Part shown: positions 1 through 12,862 of the stretch, one piece after another
How positions within the stretch are numbered: position 1 is the first letter of the stretch
Layout of the letters: every line of letters begins with the position of its first letter
Source: Eledone cirrhosa
Taxonomy: Eukaryota
Length of the DNA: 64,000 bases
Assembly (NCBI GenBank): GCA_964016885.1
Contig: OZ024743.1
Span: 43,648,001 to 43,712,000 of the forward strand
Reading direction: 5' to 3'
Program-made: the position numbers and the translations under genes
The notes under the pieces: model-generated
What the model was told of the DNA's origin: nothing
Database searches by the model: none
Seen by the model: only the letters and a program-made list of their open reading frames with translations

Positions 1-1566
1 CAGGGTTATGGGCCGAAAATTATTTATACTATCCCCCTTGTTCTCGTCCTTCCTCACCAGCGTGACTACGCCCTTGGCTACAGAACAAGGAATTCTCCCG
101 TTCTGCTGCCAATTGCAGTAGACCGCTTCGAGGAGTTCGGAGAAGAAGACCGGCATTGCTAAATAAAGTTCGTAAGGTATACCATCGAGACCTGGAGATT
201 TGCGTCTGCTGCATTGGCTCAGCGCATCTCCGATCTCATCAGCCGAGATTGGTCCCTCGCAGGACTCTGCCTCTTCGTTCGAGAGACGCGGCAGGCCGTC
301 GAGGTATGGACCGAAATCCACGCCCCGGCCCGGACCCTCGCCTCCCCCGAACAATCGGGCAAAGTGCTTTTGAAAGGCCTCGCACATCTGCTTAGGCTCC
401 CGGATCACTCGTCCATGTTCGTCTTGCAACGACCGGATGGTGGATCGATTTCCACTCTTAGCTTCTGTCACGCGGGCCCATCCAACGGCTTTGGCCCCCT
501 CATTACCTAGAGCACGTATTTTACTTCGAATGACGCAGCCTTCGTGCTTTGCATCGAAAAACTGGTTCAAGGCCGTCCTCGATGCCAGCACTCTGGCCAC
601 ATCTTCGCTCTTGATTGCCTCTTCTAATTTACCTGTTAATTCTTTCTCGTTTCTATTCCTATCGGCAGCTAACATCTTGCTATAACTTATTGATTCTGTT
701 CTAATCTCTCTTTTGAGAGATGCCCACCATCGGTTGTTGACGATTGCACCCGTCAACCTCTCCTTAACTAATCTGCTAATCCGGTTTCTGTAAGTCTCTT
801 TTGCCGGTAAAGACAAATTAAGTTTCCAGTAACCGGGACCCTGTTTATGTGTTTTCTCGAGATTGACCACGCAGGTCACTAATTTGTGATCCGTGTAGCC
901 AACCGTGCGCATTTCTGGACAGCTTAATATGTCCCTATCCTTACTTCTAACTAAGAATCTATCTAAGTACGATCTAGATTGACCACTGTGGTTTCTCCAA
1001 GTCCAGGTAGGCACAGTTGGAAAATCTAGTCGATATCTATCGACCAAGTTAAAACGGTCGAGTAACCCCTTGAGGCTGTTACACCCCCCTCTATTAGGAC
1101 ATGCTCCTGCATAGTCCCAACGTGCATCCAGGATGTCATTCCAATCCTCCGCTAGAAGCAGGGAACGCGACGTTCCCAGAAAAGTCTCCAAACGCTGGAA
1201 GAAGTCGGGCCGTTCAGCTCCGAGAGGGGAGTATACGGCGACCAGTCTCAAGGCCGCACTTTCACTACTGCCAACGTCTAGCACCAACAAACGACCCTCC
1301 GGGTCCGAGTGCACAACCTGTACGGCAAGACCCAGGTGTTTTAGCAGCAGTACGACAACCCCACCCCCACCTCCAGGTTGACAGAGAGATGCATGCACCT
1401 CAAAGTCATCGAAGGTGGGGGCCAGCTGCCGCACGACGCTGATTCGAGTCTCACAGATAACCATTATATTTATACTACATGACCTGAGGTCATTTAGAAG
1501 CTTTGCTTGCTTCCAAGTTGAGCCCAGGCCACGTGCATTCAAATATCCTACTCTTAACACATCCAT
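1..1566 (-). CDS. ORF2 N-terminus (APE endonuclease plus linker) of the L1/Tx1 element, partial
   Basis: Hand translation from the ATG at 1566 gives MDVLRVGYLNARGL...VICETR...LVAVYSP...LAEDWNDILD...WTWRN...SYLDRFLV...YTDHKLV...GPGYWKLNLSL. It is absent from the ORF track, probably because it runs off the edge. Confidence 0.88.
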   Translation of the reverse strand, partial: MDVLRVGYLNARGLGSTWKQAKLLNDLRSCSINIMVICETRISVVRQLAPTFDDFEVHASLCQPGGGGGVVVLLLKHLGLAVQVVHSDPEGRLLVLDVGSSESAALRLVAVYSPLGAERPDFFQRLETFLGTSRSLLLAEDWNDILDARWDYAGACPNRGGCNSLKGLLDRFNLVDRYRLDFPTVPTWTWRNHSGQSRSYLDRFLVRSKDRDILSCPEMRTVGYTDHKLVTCVVNLEKTHKQGPGYWKLNLSLPAKETYRNRISRLVKERLTGAIVNNRWWASLKREIRTESISYSKMLAADRNRNEKELTGKLEEAIKSEDVARVLASRTALNQFFDAKHEGCVIRSKIRALGNEGAKAVGWARVTEAKSGNRSTIRSLQDEHGRVIREPKQMCEAFQKHFARLFGGGEGPGRGVDFGPYLDGLPRLSNEEAESCEGPISADEIGDALSQCSRRKSPGLDGIPYELYLAMPVFFSELLEAVYCNWQQNGRIPCSVAKGVVTLVRKDENKGDSINNFRPITL

Positions 1567-1807
1567 GTGGGCGGCAGAGCCAAAGGAGAGTGTAGAGACC
1601 TACCTTTCCGCTTCCCGGGGTTCGGGTTGCACGACTTCCATGGGGTCGGGGGTGTTGGGTGAAGGGGTGTCTTGTGGTGGTGTAGGGTCGTCAGTGTGTG
1701 GTGGGGTTGGGGTGTTTGGAGTTGTGTTGGGGAGGGGAAGGGGATGGGGAAAGCTTTTTAGTAGGACGCGGTTTATGGGTTTGACAGAGGGTGGTCCTAC
1801 GTCCTCC

Positions 1808-3364
1808 TTAAAATCCTTTTTTAGTTTTTGGTAGAGGTTCATTGGGATCTTTATTAGTTTTAAATGTGGGTGGTTTTCTGACGAAACAAAGTTTACACCT
1901 CGGTTTGTACCGAAGGATTATTGTATATGAGTTCATTTCATTTATTATTGTTTCTGTTGATGTAAGTATAGTGTAATGTCTTTTTTTCCGATGGTGTGAG
2001 TGTTTCGAAGAGGGGAGGGCAGGTTTGGTTTTGTTTGTTGCTGGAGGGGTGTTTTCTGTTTTGTTGGATTGTGTTGAGATTTGGGTGGGGGTTGTTTGTC
2101 CTTGTGTGTTTTGCACATGTTTTCTTTTTTTCCTTTTAATCTGTCTGAAGGACTCCGTTTCTTCCTCCGAATTCGTTGGGTTATCTTCAGTGTTGGAGGG
2201 AAGAGGTATGTTTGCTGGTAATGTTTCCGTGTTGGTTTTCTTTGTGGGGGAGATGGATGTCACTATGTTAGACTGTGATGTGTGTTGTGTCTGCGGTGGT
2301 TGTGTTGTTTTATTGAGTGAGAGGTTGGGTGGGCCTGTATTTTGTTTTGGGGTAATGTGTTGTGACTGTTTGTGTTGTGGTGGTGTTGTGGTTTTACTGA
2401 GGGACGGGTTGGGTGGGACTGAGTTTTGTTGTTTGTTTATCTGTTGTGGTGGTGGTGGTGGAGCTGGTGTTGGTAGCAGGGTTTTCTTTTTGTTGAGTTG
2501 GGGACAAGCGGCCTTCAGGTGCCCTCTGCCTGCACAGATATGGCAGGACGGCCTTCTCCCCTCCACGCTAATGTTTATATACCCGTGGTCCTCTAATAGG
2601 ATTCTGTCGGGTATTTGGGCGATGCGTTCAGGCTTCATTTGTTGCCAACCCTTCGAAAGGTAGCCGTTCACCTTGATCCTAGAACAGATGTGGTTGCTAT
2701 GTAGGGCAGTGATCCAGTCTACTCCCAGCTCTATACCTGTTCCACTGAACGCATTGCCTGTGGTTTTCCCAATGGAAATCACGTTGTCATTCACTGGATC
2801 GATGAAGCCAGCTATGAGCCAGCAGTAGTCCACATATGGCATCATTGCATCCAGCCATATGCGTTGAGTTCTTTTCCCCATATAAGATGGATAAAAGGTG
2901 AAATTTTTCGAACGAATCGGTGACAAAGCACATTTTTTTGCCGCCGATTCGTTCTTCATGATAATTGCTAGGCTTCCATACAGTCTGTCTTTTCTTATGA
3001 AAGTTGTTTCATTCAGTACTTCTGTGAGTACTGTTTTGATATCTGCTTGAGAAGGCTGTTCAGGTTTTTTTGTACTGTTGTTGATGGTCCGAAACTTGAC
3101 CGTTCGGCTTTCAATGTCTTTCGTGAATTCTTGAGGCATTTTTACCGATAAAATGCCATTCTCTCCTTCACTTATGTATTGTTTGGCGTCCGTGATCCTT
3201 CGTACCACATCTGAAATGTTTTCCGCTATATAAGTCAAAGATTTCTTTGTTTTCTGTGCAAATGAAATCTTGTCGTCTGCTTTGTTTTCTGATATGGTGT
3301 TATTTTCAACTGTTATTTTTTTGTTTGTTGTGTTTTTGTTTGTGTTATTTGTATTGTCATGCAA
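1808..3364 (-). CDS. ORF1 (gag-like nucleic-acid-binding protein) of the L1/Tx1 element
   Basis: 518-aa ORF with a CX2CX4HX4C knuckle (CHICAGRGHLKAAC) followed by a P/T/Q/K-rich tail. It lies directly upstream of the APE ORF. Confidence 0.85.
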   Translation of the reverse strand: MHDNTNNTNKNTTNKKITVENNTISENKADDKISFAQKTKKSLTYIAENISDVVRRITDAKQYISEGENGILSVKMPQEFTKDIESRTVKFRTINNSTKKPEQPSQADIKTVLTEVLNETTFIRKDRLYGSLAIIMKNESAAKKCALSPIRSKNFTFYPSYMGKRTQRIWLDAMMPYVDYCWLIAGFIDPVNDNVISIGKTTGNAFSGTGIELGVDWITALHSNHICSRIKVNGYLSKGWQQMKPERIAQIPDRILLEDHGYINISVEGRRPSCHICAGRGHLKAACPQLNKKKTLLPTPAPPPPPQQINKQQNSVPPNPSLSKTTTPPQHKQSQHITPKQNTGPPNLSLNKTTQPPQTQHTSQSNIVTSISPTKKTNTETLPANIPLPSNTEDNPTNSEEETESFRQIKRKKRKHVQNTQGQTTPTQISTQSNKTENTPPATNKTKPALPSSKHSHHRKKRHYTILTSTETIINEMNSYTIILRYKPRCKLCFVRKPPTFKTNKDPNEPLPKTKKGF

Positions 3365-3804
3365 TTTTTCAAATTTTATTTTTTTCGTTGTTGGAATCCA
3401 AGTCCAGATTTTTGTTTTCGTCCTTTAATTTTTTCTCCGCAGATTCGTCCGTTTTTATTTTAATTTTTCCTTCCTTCTCTATGACGTTAGTTGGGAAGGA
3501 AGGGAGGACTAAAGCGTGCGAGCTTACAACTCTTACCGCTGTCCCCCCACCACTATTTTCGTTCGCTGCGTTTAACATTTCTGTTAGACGATTGAAATTT
3601 TTTACACAAAATTTTTTTAAACAGGTTTTTCACCTCTAGGAGGGGTAAATATGAGCTGACCCACGGCCTGACAGTTCAGACGGAGGGTCAAGCCACACAA
3701 TTGTATCAAAATTAAGTTTGAACTCACAAAATTTCCTCAATAAATTTGAACAAAACTTCTGTGCGAAGTGAATGACATCCACACTGTAGAACAGACGACA
3801 GCTA

Positions 3805-3816
3805 GATTAGATAGAC

Positions 3817-3893
<77 letters not shown>
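3805..3893. repeat. (GATA)n microsatellite
   Basis: About 20 GATA units. Confidence 0.97.
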
Positions 3894-4263
3894 TCTTTCT
3901 TTATTTGCCACATGGGCGTACAAAAATGGTACATTACAAGACGTAACGGCGGGGAGTTTTACATAAAAATCATATAACTTTAACGTTATAGATAGATATA
4001 TAGATGGATGGATTGATATAAAGTGTGATTAAGTTAAAGTAATTTCAATAAAATAAAGTAACTGTCAATTTAACTTATACATATTTATGAAACAGTGTGC
4101 CTTGCTGCTTGGTGGGATTATTGTTGTTGATAGAGCATTCGTATTTACAATTAAACTTGATAAATCGCCAGTTCTCGCGAGAAGAACAATATTAAACTAT
4201 ATCAATTGCTTTTGTTCCACCGGTTCACTTAGAGTTTTCTCATGAAATGTGGCGGTCTTAAGA

Positions 4264-4590
4264 TAATTGTTTCTAATTTGTGCACAAGGGCATCACTTAC
4301 CCCAATGCATTACACGTGCTTTATTTTATTGACCCTTAATTTAGTCTCAAGCTCCGATGTTCATAAACCGGTGCTTATCCCAATTTCCGTGGTGCTAATC
4401 AACTAAAAGTACAACACTCCCCTACTCGGAGAGGATGCCATACCACTGAAGGGTTAAATCACCAGCTATTGCTGGTACTAACTTTCACCTAAGTGTACAG
4501 GACCAAAATGAAAGATGTGTTCTGCTCAAGAAGACAACACACAACCCATTTCATGAATCGTAAATCCAACACCGTTACCACGAGGCTGGA
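4264..4590 (-). mobile_element. Decayed SINE remnants
   Basis: 4264-4336 resembles the reverse complement of the SINE tail seen at 13200-13255. 4500-4560 resembles the 'gaaataaagtgtcttgctcaaggaca' core of the SINE at 36600. Confidence 0.5.
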
Positions 4591-6699
4591 TATACACCAG
4601 TGGAAATTAAATCTCTATACATTACATTCACATCAGAAATTATTTGCCGAGCCACTATAACGTACATTGTAAAGCAACGGCATCATTGTCAATTTGATAA
4701 TTTATCAATCACTGCATGTGTCTGTTATAACATTCATGCCTTTCAAAATGCTTATTTCCCATTAACACATCTATCACATTCAGATAAAACCACATGTGTA
4801 TGAGGCTCCTTATGTAAAGAAAATACATATCCGTATATACGAACAGGGACTTTTGTATATGAAATGTGTTTATATTGAAAACGAGGAAGTCACAGTCGTT
4901 CCATATATCTTTGAAACCAGCTATTACTTGACTATCGCCTACATTCGGCAACTCCTATGTTTAATGATGCAAGAGACTACAAATATGTGTCTCACTATAT
5001 GTGTTGTCATTTGTCCAGAGTGTGCGTTCATAACATAGAAATACGGAATATACAACACATCTATAAAATTTGCTGTACATATCCCAATGAATATTTTATA
5101 GAAACTCGGCGACGTCTGAATACATATTTTGCTAATTATACTAACCAAATAATAGTGCTAAGAAATTTCTAGAATAATAAGACTTTGTTTAACCACGTAT
5201 CACCACAATGCCACTCAATTACTTATGTTGACCTCTATACCATTTTTCATCCCCTTAATTGCTTCTTTGACCCTATAACTGTCAACTTAAATATGTTCTC
5301 CTTCTATTGGGTAAGTAGGGGGTTGCCCCTCCCCTTCCCATTTATTCTCTACATTCATCAATCTCTCATAATTACCTTCCCAGGTTTCTTTCGTTTGGTG
5401 CACCAGTCATTTCACCACAACAATATCTGATTCTCATGTCATAAGACATTGGCAAACTTTCTTTTTTCAGTCATCATCCGAGCTGTGTATACCGGCCGGT
5501 CGCTTAGCTTCCCGCATAGCTACCCTGTACCAGTCTCAGCTGCCCTAATTTTACCAATTTTCCATACATGTATCTTGGTTTTAATGGCTCTATCCTCCAG
5601 TGCTGTTGCAACACAATATTAACCTCTGTCTGGCTAGCGCTTTATCCAGCCACAATTCTCACCATTAGTTCGCAGAAGGTTTGTAAGGATTGGAGGCAAG
5701 CATTGTAAATTATCCATTACGTTTTATTTATCTAACTCGTCACCTCTCTCATCAAAAGCACCCCATAGGTCTTTTCTGAACATTTATTTAACGTAAAGGT
5801 TTTTTAGCTTCCATAATACTTTAAAATAGCAACATATTCTAACCCACGCTTATGTATTCCCTTAGCATAACTCCACCATATCATATCAATAAAGAAATCT
5901 TTTTCTACCAGAGCCCTTTCAACGAGGATCAGATATATGCTCAGCAATGTTTCTTTTTGTTTATCTTTTAGAATTGTTTTATTTGTATGTGTGTTTTGTT
6001 TGTGTGTCTGTTTTTTTTTTGTGGGGGGGGGGGGGGCTTTTTTTTTGTGTGTGTGGGGGGGGGGGGCTTTTTTTTCTTTTGGCTTTTCTATTGGCTTTTT
6101 TCCTAATCTTACATGTTATTCAAGTTAGATACGTTGTGCCTCAATACCCATTTATCTCGTAGAATCTCATTCCTTCGGAAATAAGAATGCTTCTACAGGC
6201 CATGCTTTTAACAGGTATTGATTACTTCTGCGTACAGGAACTTCATTCCATTTTTATCACTGAGATCTGCAGTATACTGCAAAGATTTATTCCCAGTTAT
6301 CCTTCCTTATATTCAGGTTTATTAAGGGCTGATATGTATTTGAAATTATGTTTGGTTGTTGCTCTTTTTGAAACATATACAATATCTGTATCAGGTGTTC
6401 ATTAGAAATAGCTGTTAGAGTGAACATTGTGAACAAATTGTTTGCTTGTGGTAAAATCAAAGTCGCGTGTGTTATTTCCCATAGTTGGACAGGTAATGAT
6501 TTGTCGTATGAGGAGATCGTTAGTGGTGTTGAGGAGAGCATACATCTTTCTTTGGTTCAGTTATGTAGAATCAGGCCAACAGAAATTAGTAATATTTAAG
6601 TTTCTAGTTAAGAGTACATTGAACTGTAGACTAATATCATTTACGGTTTTACCTATTAATTACAAAGTATCCATGCAGAGGTCTCTGTGATTAACTGCA

Positions 6700-7350
6700 T
6701 TCCAAGTTGGGAGAAGTGGCAACGATATAGTCGTCGATGGACCGCTAGGCCCGGGAAGGGCAAATATTTAGGCCTCAAATCAGCTGACGAATATGTTGGC
6801 TTATATAGGGCCCATTCTTATGCCCATGGCAACCCCGGTAAACTGTTAGTATGCTACACCATGGAAGGAAATGCAATTGAGGGTAAGGTCCACATCGGCA
6901 AGGCGGATGAGGAAGGTGGTGGAGAGTTAGGGAAGGGCCCGAATTTGAGATAAGTGTTGGAGGGCATGGAGGCCATTGTCGTGTGGAATGACAGTGTGGG
7001 TGGATTCCTTCGTGACTATTAAAGTGAGTATTAAAAAATTGGGGGTTGGCCGGGTAGGACGATGAAGGAGTTAAAGAGTTGGTGGGTGTGGTTATGTCGG
7101 AGATGTTGGAGGGGAAGACGCTACAGAGTTGGAAGGGTAGAGTCGAGGTAGGCGGAGAAGAGTTCTGTTGGGCTGTGGAAGTTGGAGACGATGGGGTGGC
7201 CCGAGATTTCCTGTTTATGCATTTTGGGGTGGAAGTAAATGGAGGAGGTGCGAGGGGTGTGGAATTTGAAGTCGTTGGTGGTGGAGGGTGCGAATTCAGA
7301 ACTTGTAGCTGTAGATTTTCAGCGGTATGGAAGGCAGATCTCTAATGAGG
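6700..7350 (-). pseudogene. Decayed Penelope-like reverse transcriptase fragment (Neptune/Poseidon-like)
   Basis: Minus-strand translation with stops and shifts: PRTSSIYFHPKMHK...GHPIVS...SPTELLSAYLD...IPHDNGL...LTLNCISF...QFTGVAMGIRMGP...RSIDDYIV. Confidence 0.78.
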
Positions 7351-7871
7351 AGGCAAAATTGTGGTCCAGTACGCTGGATCCCGATAAGCGATAACAGTAT
7401 AAAATAGAGGTTTTCGATAGTTTATTCATATAATTTATTCAGTATATCAATAGTAATTAGATACTTTTCAAACATAACCTCACATATTCAATGAAATATC
7501 ATCTCACCATTTTGTTATTTAATTTTAAATAATATATCGATGAATCAAATTTCAGTTTTACTATATTGTATAAACTCTTAATTTATTAGCCCAATTATAT
7601 TGTCTGACATTTCCTGAAAGGAAGTTAAATTGAAATGTATAAGAGCAAATTATTGCACGAACTTTTCTTAATAGCTAAAATGTTGAATGAAATAATTTTG
7701 AGACGTAACGTCTCTGCTAGATTTAATAATGCTTCTAAATTAACTGAAAATATGCTTGAACACTTTTTGAAAAAGCATGTCTGGATGTATTTATGCAATG
7801 AATACACCTACTTTAAAGTGATTTGGCACACACCTCCATACACACATGTATATGTATATATATATATATAT

Positions 7872-8401
7872 ATGAAACGGTATGACACCGACGGCAGAGA
7901 TCAAACGGTTTTGAAGGCTATTTCTGGACTAAATTAAAATGTTTAGCCTGGTAAATAAATAGCCGAACTTGTCAAGGGGTACTTCCTTATATGGGAAGAT
8001 TGTAATTTTCAAGAGGATTGGTCAATATTTGTTGTGAACACAAATAAATCTATCATGGCATTTGGTGGGAAGGTAGGGGTGGCTGAACTTGCCCGTAGGA
8101 CCAGAATCTACAGGCAAGTTCAGCTACTCCTACCCTCCACCAAATGCCATCATAGATTTGTTTGTGTTTACAACATATTTTAACAAATCCTCTTCACAAT
8201 TACAATCTTCCCATATAAGGAAGTATCCTTGACAAGTTCGGCTATTTATTTAACAGGCTAAAAATTATAATTTAGTCCAGAAATAGCCGTCGAAACGGCT
8301 TGAGCTCTGCCGTTGGGGTCATACCTTTTCCTATTACCCACTCCACTATTGAGTACCCCGGTGCGTTATGGTCCATCTGGTTCCTTACCACAATTCCTTC
8401 G

Positions 8402-8402
<1 letters not shown>
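7872..8402. mobile_element. Non-coding fold-back PLE derivative (family A)
   Basis: Inverted arms of about 225 bp centred near 8100, with an extra ~70-bp tail on the right only and (TA)n on both sides. The same terminus recurs at 8448-8523, 12367-12530, 41516-41642 and 46670-46884. Confidence 0.8.
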
Positions 8403-8449
<47 letters not shown>

Positions 8450-8532
8450 CGAAGGAACCAGCTGGACCGTAACGCACCAGAGTACTCAATACTTAGGGTA
8501 GTAGAGTGGGTCATACTTTTTCCTATATATAT

Positions 8533-8613
<81 letters not shown>

Positions 8614-8815
8614 CATATATACACATATATATATACATCTAACGTATGTTATTACTCTAAGCTGACACAACCTTATCGAGTGCTTTGCTGCACATTCCTA
8701 ATTGTATATCGTTAGCTTGGCCACAGCCAAAACTTCGATTTCACTAAACTTCCATTTATATATTTATAAGTATTGGCCGAAACCTATCAAAGTTATCAAA
8801 TTTTGATATATATAA

Positions 8816-8851
<36 letters not shown>

Positions 8852-8909
8852 GTTGCGTTTCTGAATTTGTTTAGGCAGATTCTTTATCTGAAAACGTGTG
8901 TTGAAACCG

Positions 8910-9335
8910 ATATTGTTATACTTTGGAAGGGCCATGTTGCCAATAAGAAATACACGCACCAGTTGCTTTCACTCCAATTTATTATAAATTAAATTATAAA
9001 TTTAAAATAATTAAAACAAATTTATAAATTTCCGGTTGGTTGGTTGATTCCACAAGCGGACGGTTGTTCTTATATTGTCAAAGAATCCCCGGTGACTGAT
9101 GAGGTGATAGAATGTGTGAAGAAAGAACTTTGAGAATATATGAACAACCGTCCGGTTGTGGAACCAACCAAACAACCGGACATTTATAAACTCATTTAAT
9201 TTTTTTTTATTTATAATTTAATTTATAATTTAATTTATAATTTAATTTATAATTTAATTTATAATAAATAGGAGTGAAAGCAACTGGTGCGTGTGTTTCT
9301 TATTGGCAACATGACCCTCCAAATGTATTATAATA
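8910..9335. mobile_element. Non-coding fold-back element in (TA)n
   Basis: Inverted arms at about 8910-9085 and 9128-9335. A similar terminal 'atgaccctcc..aaRtataacaata' motif recurs at ~37390 and ~43312. Confidence 0.7.
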
Positions 9336-9383
9336 TATATATATATATATATAACTTTGATAACTTTGATAGGTTTCGGCCAA

Positions 9384-9443
<60 letters not shown>

Positions 9444-9444
9444 G

Positions 9445-9652
9445 GAACGATCGACTTTTTGTCAAATCGGACCGAAGAAACAGTCTTTCCATTGGTCTTT
9501 CCAATTGCTAATACTATATATCGCTTGCAACTCCAGGTAGAAGGAGCAACGTGAAATAAAGTGCCTTGCTGAAGGACATAACGCATCGCCCGGGTCTGGA
9601 ATCGAACTCACAACCTCACGATTGTGAATCCAATTCTCTAACCACTCAGCCA
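9445..9652 (-). mobile_element. tRNA-derived SINE (type 2)
   Basis: Minus strand shows A box TGGCTGAGTGG and B box GTTCGATTCC, then 'tgtccttcagcaaggcactt'. A second copy lies at 36550-36708. Confidence 0.85.
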
Positions 9653-9654
9653 GC

Positions 9655-9812
9655 AATCACCCAGTACATTACTGGTACTTTATTTTATCGACCCCGTGAG
9701 GATGAAAGGCAAAGTTAACCTCGTCGGGCTTTGAACACAGACTGTAAAGGGACGTAACTATGCTAAAAAGCATGGCGTCCAACCCTCTACCGATGCTGCC
9801 AATTCACGGCCC
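9655..9812 (-). mobile_element. tRNA-derived SINE (type 1)
   Basis: Reverse complement of the SINE at 13063, 16859 and 34817. Confidence 0.88.
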
Positions 9813-9955
9813 TTATATATATAGTAATAATAATAAATTTGAAGACTAAAATCCAAAGAGGGCTCGATAAAGAAAAATATATAAGAACCGTAGAGCAAAT
9901 AGTTATTAAATTAACAGCGATTCTTTGCTTAAACTTTAATCTGTTATTTTAATAA

Positions 9956-10033
<78 letters not shown>

Positions 10034-10046
10034 ATTTATATATATA

Positions 10047-10201
<155 letters not shown>

Positions 10202-10335
10202 ATATATATATAAATGGAAGTTTAGTGAAATCGAAGTTATATATATTTAAATAACAGATTAAAGAAAATAATCGCTCTACGGTTGTTATATATTTGATAT
10301 ATTTAGTCTTCAAATTTATTATTATTACTATATAT

Positions 10336-10393
<58 letters not shown>

Positions 10394-10421
10394 GATATAT
10401 TTATAATATATATATATATAT

Positions 10422-10454
<33 letters not shown>

Positions 10455-10459
10455 ATATA

Positions 10460-10543
<84 letters not shown>

Positions 10544-10568
10544 ATATATATGTCTGTATATAGATATA

Positions 10569-11134
10569 GACCATGTCTCATGGTCCGGTCGTTGGCGACT
10601 AAACTGGCAACCCCACCAAGGTTTCTTGGTATGGAAGGTGACTTTGGACATCCTGCAGGACTAAAAACAAAACCTGTCAAAGTGCAAAGCAGCTCTTAAG
10701 AATCAATGGCCATCCAAAATCACCCGGAGAGATGACGCTTTAGCCTTTGTTAAGACAGAATTCTACGAGAAGGAAAACTCTCTTATAACACCTGTAACCC
10801 TGACGGTATCCAATGATGTTGACTTGTTCTTCTTTTTTATAAATATCATCTTGGTTAAGAGAGTGGGACTGGCTTTGTGCAGTGCCTTTTCTTACTATAA
10901 AAGCTTCACGGCACAGGCATTGTTTTATATCTGGAGATCTCTCTGCACTTGTCGTCACATGGTACCGTGGGCCCAGCACTATGTGTCAATAATTGTCACA
11001 AGTGTAGTGTTTGTACCAGAGTTTTCAAGTAACTGGCTGAACCAAAAGTTCACACTCGTGCAGCTCATCGGTAGTGGTTCTCCTACATCGATATAAAGTA
11101 GTGGCCGTACTCGAAAACGAGTTGGCAGCCACCA
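10569..11134. repeat. Unclassified ~570-bp interspersed repeat, copy 1
   Basis: Aligns in reverse orientation with 27047-27590. Confidence 0.8.
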
Positions 11135-12086
11135 TATGGAAATGCCAACAAACATATATCATGCTATATGCATATAGAAACGGATATATACACATATCAG
11201 AGAGAACGCCCATCCACATATGTATTTAAATGTGAAAAGGAAACGGGAAAGAACAAAACAGGACAATCAGACAATGCGAAGCTGGTATAGGAATTTATCT
11301 TTTGATATAGTAGAAAAATGTATTATCTATAGCGACAGCTAAAGCTACATTTGACACAGGACACATACAAAATTGACTCGATAATTTCATTATTTGTTAG
11401 AGATTTAAATCAAGAAATAGTCCTGTCTGTTCCGAGAGTAACTTATAGCATATTAAGTTGAGCGAAAGTCACTGAATACATACATAGACGAAGTAAATTC
11501 GAATAAATAATTCAATTGATACGACCAGCTGACGTAATACATGTGTGTAAATATGACTTGATCTTAATGCGTTGGTCATCTTGTATTGTACAGCGTAAAT
11601 AATACATTTATATAGTACAAATTCAGGATGTTAGATGGACAAAAAATGATAATTGAGATGATTCTAGATGGTGTAAGTTAGCGATTTCGCAAAGTGGAGT
11701 AAACTCATTGGAGTTTTTCCGGACCATTGCATTGTGTTCTTAAATCCAGCTAAACTCAACATTGTTTTTCATCTTCTTGAGTTCGATAAAAAGAAAAATG
11801 TCCATCGGCATTCATTAGTATTCTGGCAATCCTCATGAATCCCCAAAGGAATCGTTTCTATATAGTGTGAGTTTAAACAATGTCACGTGGTAGTGGTAGT
11901 GATAGAAATTGCGACCGACAGACAACATCAGCAAGGGAAAAGCCAATAGAAATAGTGTATCCTTGTTCCGCTTTGGAGATCAGATTCTTTCCATTCTTTT
12001 TTTTTTTCTACATTGACATTTGTAATATAATTCCAGCATTAATAAGATTATTTCATTGAACGGTACACAGCATCACACACACACAA

Positions 12087-12158
<72 letters not shown>

Positions 12159-12775
12159 ACGTCATATATGTACGTCATATATGTACGTCAATACTCATCT
12201 TTTTCCATTCCTCCGAGGGTTCTTAACCCCACTATCAGGCTAAATAATTTCTTTAATTTCTTTAGTCAAAATGCGGCGATAGCTTACATTTCTAATAATT
12301 TTAAACCCACTCTCTGTTTCGAAAATGTTCTTACTTTCGAAAATATTCTTTATATATATATATATAGGAAAAGAGTCAGGACCCCGACCGTTTCGACAGC
12401 TAGATCGAAACGGCCGGCGCTCAGCCGTCGGGAACATGATTATTTTCCTATTACTCACTCTACTACCCTAAGTATCGAGTACTCTGGTGCGTTATGGTCC
12501 ACCTGGTTCCTTACCACACTTTCCTTGTTATATATATATATATATATTATGTTATATATATATATGTCTATTAACAAAGCTGTTATACTTATTTCAATGA
12601 CGATCTTGGTCACATGGATCGTCATTGAAAAATGAATCACAGCTTTGTTAATACAGGACTATTTATCATCCACAACCTCGCCTTTTCCTCATTCTGATTA
12701 TACTCCAACATCCTTATTTTGGTGAAGAAACATGACGTCGAGTCCTTCAATTGAAATGCAGCTATGTCAACCGTA

Positions 12776-12862
<87 letters not shown>

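Larger units (their letters stand above)
1..3805 (-). mobile_element. L1/Tx1-clade non-LTR retrotransposon, 5' part (continues beyond the left window edge)
   Basis: ORF1 with a CCHC knuckle is followed by an ORF2 starting with an APE domain and the GPGYWKLN motif. The 5' end abuts (GATA)n. Confidence 0.88.

Noticed and set aside
2025-2663. 212-aa Cys/Val/Gly-rich plus-strand ORF
   Set aside because: It is the antisense shadow of the P/T/Q-rich ORF1 tail.
5300-5900. Possible decayed RTE-type LINE 3' fragment on the minus strand
   Set aside because: Only vague motif resemblance, too degraded to call.
9095-9130. CTGATGA...GAAA in the centre of a fold-back
   Set aside because: I could not form stems I-III.
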